This document shows, one piece after another, positions 38,901 through 51,818 of a stretch of DNA of 64,000 nucleotides (position 1 is the stretch's first letter; every line of letters begins with the position of its first letter). The position numbers were made by a program, and so were the translations under genes. Where the stretch lies: assembly GCF_036321535.1 (NCBI RefSeq), contig NC_087437.1:97900001-97964000 (forward strand), written 5' to 3'. Under the pieces are notes generated by a model. The model saw only the letters and a program-made list of their open reading frames with translations. It was not told the origin of the DNA and did not search any database. This DNA comes from Camelus dromedarius (taxonomy: Eukaryota).

Positions 38901-40549
38901 GTGGTAGAAGGGGCAGATGAAATTACATGGAGCCCTACCTGATGCCCCTCTCAACTAAGACACCATAAAAATCCTCGTCCTCTCATTAGTCAGATGGAAG
39001 GGAAGCCCTCTTCAGTATTTCTTTGTCTGAATGTGACTTGTGGTTATCTAAGAAGACAATGAGATTCTCATCCTCCATTTAAGATAAGACTACAGCTGTA
39101 AGAATTGAAAATAACTAGAAAATGGTTATAGTATATTAACAAATCAATCATTTGGAATAAATGCCCACGATAAGTAGGAGGTCTCTCGGAATCATCCAGA
39201 TAATCTCTTCAAGATACCACTTCTTGTTATGATGACTTGGCCTCTCACATTACGTCTATTTGAGATTATCACCAAACAAATCAAGTAGGCATGAGAATGA
39301 TTGTAGTAGAGTGAAGCAAAAAGTCTTTGTGTTAAACTTTCACCTGTTTTACAGAAACCAGTAGGGGTAGAATTATGGTAAAAAGTTTATTAGGCTGATA
39401 GTATAAAAGATAGAGTAAGTCATTAAAATGGAATTTTGAAATGTGTTCTGCTTACTTGGTTTTTGCTTCCTTTGGACAACAGAATAGTGATTCTAATGGT
39501 TAACAAAGATCTACCTGATCTGGGCTCCCTACAAAGATAACTGTAAAATTGTTTAAGATAATAGAAATATTTTTTCTGTGAATAACTGGGCCACACCTTC
39601 TATACACATAGTATTATTACACCAAAAAATTTTAAAATCACTTTGCACTTTTAATTGTTAAAAACTTTGATTTACCTACTCCCATTCTCTTTCAACTCCA
39701 CTTCACTGTAATCACTGTAAATTATTTTGTGATTATATCCTTCCAGACTTTTTATTCAGTGGCTTTCTTTTTATTCTCTCCAGCTTTTTCTTCTAGAAAT
39801 CATACTAGATGGGTGTTGGCCTCTTGGGAATTTTTCTCCCTGTCTCTTAATGATGATCTTTTTCTATTTTTAAACTTCATGCATGTGATTTGTTCTGGGA
39901 AAATTCTCCCATCTTCTCTTCCAGTTCACTGATTTGCTCTTCCACTATGGCTGTTAAGACTATATATCAAGATTTGTTTTTGTTTAATTTCAGCAAACAT
40001 ACATTGCTTTTTAAAAAATTTTTAGAATCTTCTCTCCATACATCCTAGATGACATACCTGTATCACACTAAGGATAATTAATTTTTAGTGCAAGTATCTT
40101 TTCTGATTGCATAAATAATTATTTTTACTCGCACATCAATTCCTTTTGTGTTTGTGTATTTTTTCTCATGGTGTTGGTTTTCATCAAAACTCATCCATAT
40201 GGTTAAGAATTCCAACTAAACTATTGGTAGCCAGCCTGAGAGGAAGGGCTTATACTTCACCTGTTTTCAGTTAGAGTGAAGAGATGAGAATAATGTCTCA
40301 GCACCTGGTTTTCTGGCTCTAACATCTGCCTTGTTCTCCGTGGTGTCATCATCTATTTGGGATACCATCGTGTCTCTGACCTGCACGCTGTTCGTTCCAA
40401 ACCTTACCATAACCACAGGGGCATGGTGCATAGTGGCAGTGGGTTGTGGAGTCAGTCTCCATGCTCGCCTTGCTGTAACCAGCTAATCATGTCAATAGAA
40501 CCATGCTCTGTGTAACAGTTGAAAGATTGTTCTTAGTGTTTAACAGTAC

Positions 40550-41672
40550 ATTCAGGACCTATTTCCAGGTTATCCACCTCATTCTTTTTAATGACTGAAC
40601 AGTATTCTATTCTAAAGTTAGGATTTGTTTGATTACTCCCTGGTGGATTTTTCAGTTGCTTCCAGTGTTTTATTATTGTAAGCAAATTTTTGACTGATAT
40701 TCTTGTCATTATTTTCAAAAAAATAGATTATTATAAGTATGATTGCTGGATTAGAGAGCATTTTAAACAATTTATACTTCCCACAACAATATAGGAGCAT
40801 GTCTGCTTCTCCACTTTTAAATCAACCCTAATCTTTTTTTAATTTTCCAAAGCTGGTAGATGAAGAATGGTATCTGACTTATTTTGACTTGTATGCTTCC
40901 ATTACTAAGATTTTTCTCCCATACTTTTTTTTCTAGTATAATCACAGGTGTGTTGTTTTCACATTTACATCTTAAATGACCTGTCATTTATTATGGTGTA
41001 AGTGTGATATAATAATTCAGCTGTTCTTTTTCATGTGACAGCTAATTGTCTTATTACTATTAATTGAATAAAAACATCCTTTCCTCACTGATGTGAAATG
41101 CCAAATTTATCATATATAGATTTGAATATATACCTTGCATTAATTCTGAACTTTATTCTAGTCCACTTACCTACTACTCAATTCTTGTATGTGTATGAGA
41201 CTTTAAATTTACAATAATCATGACATACATCTTAATATCTGGTGGGCCACATCCTTTCTCATTATTCTTTTCAAAATTTTCTTAACTTTGTATCCACTTG
41301 TCAGGTTTCAAAAAGAAAATAAAGTCAAACTTCTCTTCGGAATATTATTAAGTTTACTTACTAATATAAATCCTTTATATCTGAATAGGGTTAAGTCTTT
41401 CCATCTAGGAAAATGGTATGTATGTTCCTGTATGTTCTTTAGTAAGACTATATAGGTTTCTTCTTATATTTTTTATTACTTTCTTGTTAAAACCATACTT
41501 AAGCACTAACAAATTTTGTTGCTAGTATAAATTAGATCTTTTCCAACTTATTTCCAACAATTTTATTTTCCAACTTATTTTTTTATTTGTAAAGGAAAAC
41601 TATTGGTTTTTGTGTTTTTCGTATATAGAACCACTTCATAGAATTCACTTACTAGCTCTAAAAGTATTTTTA
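40550..41672 (-). mobile_element. Old L1ME-type element (antisense), left part; resumes at ~43305-43850
   Basis: ATTGCTGGATTAGAG, TTTATACTTCCCACAACA, TTAATATCTGGTGGG, GAATTCACTTACTAGCTCT; continuation TTTCTTTTGGATACTCTGGG...CATCATCTGCAAATAATG at 43322-43370. Confidence 0.65.
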
Positions 41673-43039
41673 GCACAGTAAAGGAAACCATATTTACAAA
41701 TCATATATCTGATAAGGGGTTAATATCCAAAATATATAAAAAACTCACACAAGTCAATAGCAAAGAACAAACAAACAAAATCCAAAGCAAACAAGCAATC
41801 CAGTCTAAAAAAAATGGGCAGAATATCTGAATAGACATTTTTCCAAAGAAGACATACAGATGGCCAACAAGTATATGAAAGGTGCTCAACATCACTAATC
41901 ATCAGGGAAATGCAAATCAAAACCACAGTGAAATATCATCTCACTCCTGTTAGGATGGCTATTATCAAAAAGACAAGAAATAACAAGTTGGCAAGAATGT
42001 GGAGGAACAAGGAACTACTATATAGCACAGGGAACTATATTCAATACTTGGAATAACCTATAATGGACAAGAATCTGAAGAAGAATATATATATATGTCT
42101 AACTGAATCACTTTGCTGTATATCTGAAACTAACACATAAATCAACTATACTTCAATTAAAAAAAGAACATAGAAAATAGTCTAAATGTCCAACACATAG
42201 GACATTTTATGTTTTCAAAGGAAATTTAATATCAATGATTTTTATTTTATGTTTTTTACATAAAAAAAGAATGTTGAGGAAAGGGAACCCTTATGCAATG
42301 TTGGTAAGAATGTAAATTGGTGCAGCCACTATGGAAAATAGTATGGAGTTTCCTTAAAAAATTAAAAATCTAGCTACCATATGATCCAGCAGTTATGCTT
42401 CTGGGTATTTATCTGAAGGGAGTGATAACACTAACTTGATATATGCACCTCCATGTCCATTGCAGCATTATTTGCAATAGCCAAAGCATGGGTGCCTCCT
42501 AAATGTCCATTAATGGATGAAAGGATAAAGAAAATCTGGTATTTATATACAATGGAGTATTATTCAGCCACAGAAAGGAAGGAAATCTTGCCATTTGTGA
42601 CAACATGGATGGATCTTGAGGGTATTACATTAAGTGATGTAAGTCAGAGAAAGACAAATGTTACATGATCTCATTTATATGTGGAATTTAAAAAAACTGA
42701 ACTCATAGATATAGAGGGCAGATTGTTGGTTGCTAGAGGCAGGAAGGTAAGGGTGGGCAAAATCGGTGAAAGGGATCAAAAGGTCCAACTTTTGATTATA
42801 AAATAAGTAAGTTCTGGGGGTATAGTGTACAGCATGCTGACTATTGTTAATAATACTGTATTGTATATTTGCAAGTTGCTAAGAGAGTAGATCTTAAAAA
42901 TCTCATCACAAGAAAAAAAGTAACCATTTGTGGTGATGGATGTTAACTAGACTTTGTGGTGATCATTTCATAATGTGTACAAATATCAGATTGTATAATG
43001 TATAATGTTATATGTCAATTATATCTCAATTGAAAAAAA
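41673..43039 (+). mobile_element. 5'-truncated L1MA9-like element (ORF2 3' end plus 3'UTR)
   Basis: ATATCTGATAAGGGGTTAATATCCAAAATATA, GACATTTTTCCAAAGAAGACATACAGATGGCC, GTTGCTAAGAGAGTAGATCTTAAA, ends TATGTCAATTATATCTCAATTGAAAAAAA. Confidence 0.9.
42008..42165 (+). mobile_element. Short artiodactyl-type L1 3' end nested in the L1MA9
   Basis: CAAGGAACTACTATATAGCACAGGGAACTATATTCAATA...CTGAATCACTTTGCTGTA...AAATCAACTATACTTCAATTAAAAAAA. Confidence 0.85.
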
Positions 43040-45369
43040 TCAGTCCAACAGCTGTGAGGATAATTGATTGGACTGAAAAGAATGGAGTTGTGACAGTAAC
43101 CCAGGCCAGAGATGTTGGTGGCCTGTGGTAAAGGGGTTGTATTGGAGATAGAGCTAGACTCATGATCCAAGTTAAAATTTTAGACTTTGATATCTACTTT
43201 TGCTACCAACATGAAATCGATCATGAAATCTGATAGGTTCCAACTTTTATACTTTCTCACACATGACACCCTATTTCTAAAAATAAAAATAATACAAAAA
43301 ATTTTAAATAATATTTTAGTTATTTCTTTTGGATACTCTGGGCATAAACTTACATCATCTGCAAATAATGGTAGTTTTATCTTTTTTCCCATAAAATTTA
43401 ATTAATTAGCAAATTCTTTTCTAACATTTGTTGCATGAGCTAAACTCTCCGAACTTTTGGTGCCCCTCAGTCATACCTATCTTGCTTCTGGTTTTATTGG
43501 GGATGTGTTTAGAATGGGATCCTTCAATATTTTCTGTTAGTTTCTAATAAATACTACTTAATGATATTTAGGAAATGGTCTTTTTCTATTTTTACATTAG
43601 AAGCATTTTTACCATGGGTTTAGTGTTGCTAAACTCCTGCTGCTTTTTCTTGTCTGTGAAATTAGAAGCATTTTTTAAAATGAGAAATATCTGCCACATT
43701 TTATCAAGTTTTCTCTATGAAGAACTAGTAATGATCCTACATCGGCTAATGAAATACATCTGGGTTGGACTATATTCTTTTTCTGTGTGCCTTGTTTTTC
43801 TCTTGACCCATGTGGTCTTCACTGGAATATATTATACTTACTTTTTTTTTTAAATCATTATTCTTTATTTTATGCATATGTGTTTAATCAGAGTGCACAA
43901 TACACTGAACCATTCTCAACTGATTTCTTTTAGAAGACCTGATTTTGTCCAAAATCTCACCAAATGCTCTCTGTGGCCATGTGATACTGTGACTCTCTTC
44001 TCTCATGCCTCAGTCTTCCATTTGAATCTATGTTCTCTTTGACAACTCTGTTCTTTCTGTGATAGTAGCAGCCTCAGTGGCAACAGGAGAGGGGGAAATT
44101 TTACATCTTCTTTGGCAGGAATAAACACTTCCTGCTTGGAGCCCAAAATGAAAATAAATTGCCCACTGTGCAGAAACATGGAAGTCATGATATTCCTGAT
44201 GAAACATCTTTAAATAATCTCTGGGTAGTCATGGTTTTGGGTGTTACTATATACAATACCATAGGGGTTACATTTCCTTAAGACTCTGAATAACTTAGCA
44301 ATAAAATACAAATTGTTCATTCTGTAATGTCTAATTTGCACTGCTTATGCTTTAGCATTTTCAATAGCATTGAGGGATGGTGTCCAGATTGTTTGTATCT
44401 TTATTTATTTTCCATTCATGGAAAAAAAGAAAGAGTGGAGGTGACTTGGGTAAATCAAGCAAGTTGGCATTGTGGATAATTACAGTTATAATCCTCAAGT
44501 TACTTCTTAAAAATGTGACCTTTTTGTACTCAGATGAAATTGGATAATTGATATGTCGCTGTGTATTTTCTTTTGTAACAGTAGATCTTACCAGTAAGAA
44601 CTTTAATGCATCATATTTTGTCCTTTGCTTGCTATGTAAAATTGTTCTAAATTTACTGTCTTCCCTTGATCTTTTACTGTGCTAGTTGTTTTGTTTTTCT
44701 CATAACTAAGATTTCCCCATCTTCTCAACTCTTCTTTATTTACTAAACTTTTTAATCTGGTTGCCGTTCTCTGAATTTCTTCCAATTTCTGAGTGTACTT
44801 TAACAAAGAAAACCCAGAACCTGAATGGTGAGGGCTTTTAAATGCCAAGTAGGGCAGAAAAATTACCTCATTTGTTTTAACATGTGATACTCTTTTATTA
44901 ACAACAGTACAACTTGGTGTTTATTTTTCTGGCAAGAATATTTATTATTGACTCATCCTTTCTATTCCTTTCCTTATAACCTTGAGGGCAACACACAATA
45001 AACAAAAAGTGAAACTTAAAGCATGGAGCAGAGATTGGGGGGTCACAGGAACTTGGCATTATGTTTTCTCAAAATTAGCTTAGCATTTGTGATATTTGCT
45101 AGGCAAATAAACTTTGGGTGTTAAATCAACAATATACTGACAATTATGCACAACTCAAATGCCACCCTGCCTCTATCAGCCTTCAGCAGTGATGTAAATA
45201 GGATCACATTAAACATTACGATTGCTGGTATTATCATAATTTTCATTTAGCTCCTGCAGACAGTTTTCTAGCTTTTATTTTTACACTTCTAGCTAATCAC
45301 CTCTTGTCATCATTTTACATTTACTCCAGATGCATGTCTATACTTCCTGACCATAAATATGAATTCAAG

Positions 45370-45600
45370 GATATTTTATAGCAATTTACAGTTTGTAAAA
45401 AGCTTTCATGTATATGATCTCGATTCCACAGCTTTTTGGAGTGGACAGAAAATAAATTACATTTTACAGATGGAAAATCAAGGCTCAGATTACTTAAGAA
45501 GCTGTCTAATGAGTTAGCAAATGTAACTAATCACATGGATACCCATTGGTAGAACTTGGACTGGTGCATATGTCCTTTGACCCTTGGTTCATTGCTTGTA
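45370..45600 (-). mobile_element. MIR SINE
   Basis: CATTTTACAGATGGAAAATCAAGGCTCAGA core. Confidence 0.65.
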
Positions 45601-48519
45601 CTAGTATAAAACTCTATCAGAAAAGTTTAGCTATTATTTTAATTCTGTTTTATCACTGAGCTGAGACTATGACCGCAACATATCAGTGGCAGTACTCAAA
45701 TGCAGATGGATTAAATATGGGTCACAGAAGTTAAGAAAGGAATAAGGGAAGTAAGTCAAGAGAGAAAGTAGAGAGAGTAGTGTCATGCAGGTTGTGTCTG
45801 GACAGCCAGAGGTACTATTGTCATAGGTCACCAATCAAAATTTTATTTTTAAATCTATCTGAGCCATTTAGTACTGATTATGTAAATTATGTCAATGAGG
45901 GCATATATGGATATCTGTTACTCATTAGCTAATATTCCCAGTTTGTGTATGTGTGTGATTTCTGCTTGTGTTTGTAATAATAAAAAAAAATGAGCCACTG
46001 CTACACAAATCTTTCACTCTCAACCCTAGACCTCGAAATCACATCTCTTGCTTTCTGAGTAAGGCCTCCCACTCACCTTGCTGGTCCTTCCCCTGGGACT
46101 GACCCCGCACATTTCTGCAGCTGAGCTCTTGCCATGTGGTTTCGTTGCTATATGGTAGGCCACCCAGCCTCTCCCCCCAGTAGTTTTTCAACTTACCCTG
46201 TCAGTACAGATGTTGCAAACTTGGGATCAAAAGGGAAAGTCATGACTCATATCAGGTATCATTCTAATTTTTAAAAATGTCTACAGAGCTGAATTCAAAA
46301 AGTTAGATGTAGAGATTTCCTGGAGGTAAGTTGTAAAATGCAGTGACAGAAATTCTGGGTGTTTTAATTTTTCTCTCATTTCTGTTTAACTTCTGATCCT
46401 ATGATGAGTCTGTCAGAATATTTTAGAATCATCAGTGCATCTAATCCATTTCTTTAGTACTAGCATTCTAGCATTGAGTGAGTTACAATTACAGAGCGCT
46501 GTAGTATAAGGTAGACTCACCCTCCCTGTGCCGTCCTGGCTTCCATTCCTGGCTCCCTGCCATTCTCTCCTATGGCAAAGACCCAGAAGCCTGGGGATGG
46601 AAGAAGTACACTATCAGTCCTCATCACACCTACCTGGCTTTTGGCCACTCTCAGCTGAGAGCACCTGAAAAATAACAACCAGGTTAGCTGCCATTTTATT
46701 GACCTGGGGAAAAGGAGAAAGCCAAATCGGCTTAGCATTCCTGATTTAAACTGAATTCAGTTCAATGCATCACAGATTTTTGAAAGCACACTCTGTGACT
46801 GGCACAAAGCACCAGAAACGTATAGGAATTTGCTTCAGATGAGGCAGATGCTTACCATATATTGTGATAGGAGGACTTTTAGTTGTACATACAAATAAGC
46901 AATAGTGCTGGGGAGGCATTTATCACCCCAATGAGAGGATCACTCATCCATTTGCATTAGACCTCTCAGCCCCCTTCCTATCTCTGAAGGTGGCAATAGA
47001 CTCCAAGTGCTTTCTGTGGCTCCATGGGCGCACTCGGACAACCCGTGGGGAGTAGTGGGCTGTTCTAACCATCTTTCCCTCTTGGAGTGGCTGACAGCCA
47101 ATGGCATTAAAGGTATTAAAGGTCTAACCCTCTTAAGTTGTGACCTGGCAGGGAACCATTTCACTAGTTAGTGGGAAGAACCACTAGCACAAAGACGTTT
47201 TTATTATCAGTAGCAAACCTGCGTTAAAAGCTGTCATGGCAATAAGACATGCTTGCAGACCAGGGAGCAGAGTAAGTAGACTGAAAATTTATTGAGATAA
47301 TATTGTAGTATTGAATTACACCAAGGATAATAGCATTGATTCACTCCAGAAAGATATTGTAAATAATGAGCAATTAATTGTTGCAGAAACTTTGAAAATA
47401 AATCAATGAAAATCAGGAAGACAGATTTGGGTGACTCAATGAGTCTGTGTTTTTAGAAAGTCCTGCTGAGTCCTCTGTGGTCAGGGTTAATGGTATGCTT
47501 ACACTTCTGTCTGCTAGAAGCTTTGAGAAATTTTACTGCCCTATTGTGTTTTGAATGTGGACTCTTCTGAAGTCCCTATGCTTTCTTCTTTGCTCATTAC
47601 TGAAACCTTAAAAACAACAAGGCTGACAAGTAGAAAGACACCTATAGAATCCTCAGGGGAAAAATATTCTTTAATATTAATTTTGTTTGAGGGAACAACC
47701 AGAGGTCTCTAGTGATCAGGTGGGGGTGGGAGTCTATCAGTTTAGAAGAGTGACCAGGAGAGATCTATTTTTCTCTCTGCGGCATAGCACTTTTGTAATT
47801 TGCATTTTCCTTTTCTCAAGATGCAAATAACACTTATTGGCTTCTCTGACCCTCCATCTCTCTTGTTATTCCTGTAGTCACGTTGAGAAAATGACATCTT
47901 TACAAAAGGTCAAGTATTTGTCATGTAAGAAAACTACATTACTCTTTCTCAGAATTATGATTTCAAGATACGGAGGTAAAAAGTTAGGTTACCACAATCA
48001 TTCAGTTGAATTTCTTTGTTTGACTCATAGGAGTGCACCCACTTTATGGATTCTTCAGATTACCTATGTGGGAGCAATTCTTTAATGAAAGTTTTCATCC
48101 TTTACTCTGTCATCTCTTTGATTACCTGGTGGGCATTTGGAAACCTAAGCAGTTTTCCCCCTACTTGAGGTTGTTTTCAGAATATGGTGAACTTATGAGA
48201 CTATCATTCCAAACAAATGAAAAATAACAGTATCTTCAAAGACATGTGCATCTAAGGGAAGGTGATGGTTCAGAATTAACCAGTGATTACCCCTCAATTT
48301 TATTCAACTCCAATGTGAGTATAAAGATAATTACTTTATGGTCAATTTAGAATAACTGCAAATCATTTAAAATACTTATTCTTGTATCTATTTTTGTAAT
48401 AGTAATAGTTCCCATACATTGAATGCTTCCTGTATGCACCTGATAGGCGTTATCTTATTTAATGCTCACTATAAGCCTGTGTGGTGGATCCTTTTTCACT
48501 CATCATTTTACTAGGAGGT

Positions 48520-49060
48520 CAGCCATTCCTTCACCTCACACTTACATCATCACCAGCCCTATTGATTTTACCCCCAGGGTACAACTCAAAGAGTCCACTT
48601 AGCTCCATATCCAGGGTCAACCTGCTGGATCAAGGCACAATCCTCTCTCACTTAGCCTTCTGCAATAATGGTTCTCCTTTCCATTCTGGCTCCCATCCAG
48701 CCTCCATTGTAGCCAGAATTACCTTTTAAAAATGCATATTGATTCACATGGCTCCTCCCTGTAAAATCCTAGTCTGGGAAGTTGTTTGGAAGATGACCAA
48801 CCACACCCTACCTGTTCTGAATCCACCTGCTTCTCCAGCCTCATCTTTACCACCTGTCCTTGCTTATGCCATTCCAGACTCATGACAGTCTTTCTCTTCT
48901 AGAACATGCATACTCGTCTCACCTTCACGTGTGCCGTTCCTACCCAGACTGCCTGAAGCACTCCCTCAGAATTTGCCTGGATACTCCTATGCCTCACTTA
49001 GGTCTCTGCTAAAACATTACTTCTCAAAGTTTCCTCAGCTCATCCATCTAAACTAGGTTT
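48520..49060 (+). mobile_element. L2 fragment (3' end continues ~49730-49868)
   Basis: CCTTCTGCAATA, GTAGCCAGAATTACCTTTTAAAATGCA, TTAGGTCTCTGCTAAAAC; tail CCCAGCACAGTGTCTGG...TTGAATGAATG. Confidence 0.7.
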
Positions 49061-49080
49061 TTTTGCTCTCTGTTCTCCTT

Positions 49081-49180
49081 GCAGTGTTTATAGCTATGTC
49101 TCTATATCTTACATCTCTCTCTCTCAGCAGTGTTTATATCTATGTCTATATCTGTATCTGTATCTGTATCTGTATTTATG
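49081..49180. repeat. Short direct duplication plus (GTATCT)n simple repeat
   Basis: GCAGTGTTTATAGCTATGTCT (49081) and GCAGTGTTTATATCTATGTCT (49127), then TCTGTA repeats. Confidence 0.7.
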
Positions 49181-51449
49181 TCATAGCCACTGTCCTTTCA
49201 TCTCTGTGGATAGATTTTGTCTCAGGCCTTTATTGATTCTTATGTAGGTCTAGACCTGTCACTGTTTTTCACTCTAGGTCCAAAATCACTCTAAGTTCAA
49301 AATGTTTTATTAAAAACAAAACAAAACAAAACATTTTGGAAGCACTTCTTAAGATCTGGAAGCCAAAAGAAAGAACAACGCAGCATGGTGTCATAACATT
49401 TTCTTCCAGAATCCTGGTCTACAAAGTTCTGTGGGAGTTTTTCTTGAAATCTCTAGGTTTCCTTACACACCTTGGCTCCAACACCAAACTAGATCCAACC
49501 AATACAGGTGAACTAGAATTCCCACCCCAACTGCCTGAGGCAATAACACCCACATCTACATTCAAAACGCCTAACTAACAGTTCCCTCTGGTTCAGCTTC
49601 TACCCACAAACTCCATTCACTATACCATGGTCTACACAAGAAATTCTAGCCACCAGAACTGTTTAAAAAGCTGTGGGGGAGCATATGTACCTTACTAGGT
49701 TTTGGTTTTGCTACATTTATTTCTGTGATTTTTTTAATGCCTATCTCATCACTAGTCTGAGCTGCATAATAGCAGAGACCATGGCTGTTATGTTCATAAT
49801 TCCACCCCTTACACCCAGCACAGTGTCTGGTTCAAGAAAATCAGTAGATAGATAGCTCTTGAATGAATGGAATACTTTGCATGGGATCCATCACAAAGCA
49901 GTGGATCTGTGGAACTAAATTTGAATCCAAATATGCATCTGATTCCAAGGCCATGCTTTGAAAAAAAAAACCAAACAATAAAAGCCGTGGCTAATGCAAT
50001 TATTGTGCAATGTGTATGCAAATGGGCATACTATGACTTTATACATACCTGATTGTCTTTGTCAGTCAAGGGTGTGCATAATTTTTTTGTAGAAGCTGTA
50101 TCTTGTAATATGGCTTTAAATTCATTGATGTGTAAGAGATAAGAGCACTAGAGGCCATTATGAGACCTCTTGGATGTGGTTCTAACTTGTTTTCCTAAAA
50201 GAGAACGACTGGTCATTTGCCATCCTACCATCTGCCTCCTCTCAGCATACTTTCAGAATCTAGAATGTGGAAAGAAATCCCTGGCATCATAAGACATAAT
50301 AACGCCCAGTAAAGTTTCTCTTTCAAAGAACTGAATGGCAGTTCCTTGCCGTAGCAAGAGAAGATTTAAAAACATGGACTTATTCAAACTCTTTGGGAAG
50401 CTGTCATGTGACCTCCAAGGTTTGTGTGCAGTCATATTATCAGAAGAGTCTGTGAAGGAACCATAACAGGGTAACATGTGGCAGTGCCCTGGTCCAGCTA
50501 CTGCAAAGAAAGGTGACCTATAAGGCTCTCCTTGTGCTTTCTGAATGGCCTGATTCATTCATCATACAAAAGAGAGAGCAGAGTCATTTCTAGATTAGCT
50601 TTTATTATCAAGATATCAATGGTAACTCATTTATTTATTAAGGTATTTATTCATGATGATTCCCAACATTGTTTACTAAGTCACAGGTGATAGAATTCTA
50701 AAATATACTTGCCCACCAATTTAATGTTTCTCTTTTTGGTTATAAATTTAATAAATGATAATGTAAAATATTTGGCAGTACTGAAAAAAGGTAAAGATGA
50801 TTTTTAAAAATTTCCAAACCATAGATATCCAAAATGACTATTTTGGTATGTACATGGTATAAGGACACATGCATTTTAATGCTTGCACACACTCCTACTG
50901 TAAGTTATATATATGTAAATTAAAAAAACCCTGGGCTGCCCTCTTCTATAAAAAATAGAAGGAAATTTTAGGATACCAAGACAGCAGTTTCATATACCTT
51001 TCATTCTATGTCCAATATAATGCTGAATTTCTGTGCCAAAGTCATCTAGTCTCTCTCAGTCCTCCATTGAATGGATGGAATTGTCATTGGTTGGGGTGGT
51101 GCTCTGCCCCAAAGCTGGCTCGCTTCATTTGGTGATAGAGGGTATGTCAGTGGAGTCTTGTCTATAGCTGAGCTTTTAGCGACTACCAGGCTGGTGTTCA
51201 GTAAGGAGAGGGGCTGTTAGAATTGCTCATTACTTTCCCTAGGGTCAATATTGTGATCCCTGCTCATTTTCTCAGTGCAAGGATGTAAATTATATTTCCA
51301 AAAACCTATAATTGCTTTGCCCAATTTTGCCTATGACGAAGTACTTTTCCTTCTATTTTGAGAAAATAAAGACTAAAGAAATGTCCACAAAAATTTATAA
51401 AGAACATTTTATCAAATTTAATTTTTACGGCATACCTAAGGTTACACAG

Positions 51450-51818
51450 TAGATGAGTTTGCTTAGACTTGTCATAACAAAACATCACAGTGTGGCTTAA
51501 ACAATAGAAATTTGTTTTCTTACAGTTCTAGAGGCTGGAAGTCCAAGATTAAGGTATCTGCAGGGTGGATTTCCTCTGAGACCTTTCTCCTTGGCTTGTG
51601 GATGGCTGTGTTTCCCTATGTCTTCAATAGTCTTTCCTCTGCAAGTGTCTGTGTCCTAATCTCTTCTTATAATGACATCAGTCATATAGGATTACGGCCC
51701 ATCTTAATGGCCTGATTTTTATTTAATTACCTCTTTAAAGACCCTCTCTCCAAATACAGTCACATATGACTTCAACATATACATTTTTGGTGGGAGAGGG
51801 CACAGTTCAGTCCATTCA
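51450..51818 (-). mobile_element. Solo MaLR LTR (MLT1A/B-like) inserted in a MIR
   Basis: GGCTTAAACAATAGAAATTT...CAGTTCTAGAGGCTGGAAGTCCAAGAT...CTCCAAATACAGTCACAT...CAGTTCAGTCCAT; MIR halves CCTAAGGTTACACAG (left) and GATTCAAAC...CTGACTCCAAAGTC (right). Confidence 0.85.

Noticed and set aside
41701..42668. ORFs such as [16 protein letters not shown] and MSIAALFAIAK
   Set aside because: Antisense and sense remnants of L1 ORF2, not host genes
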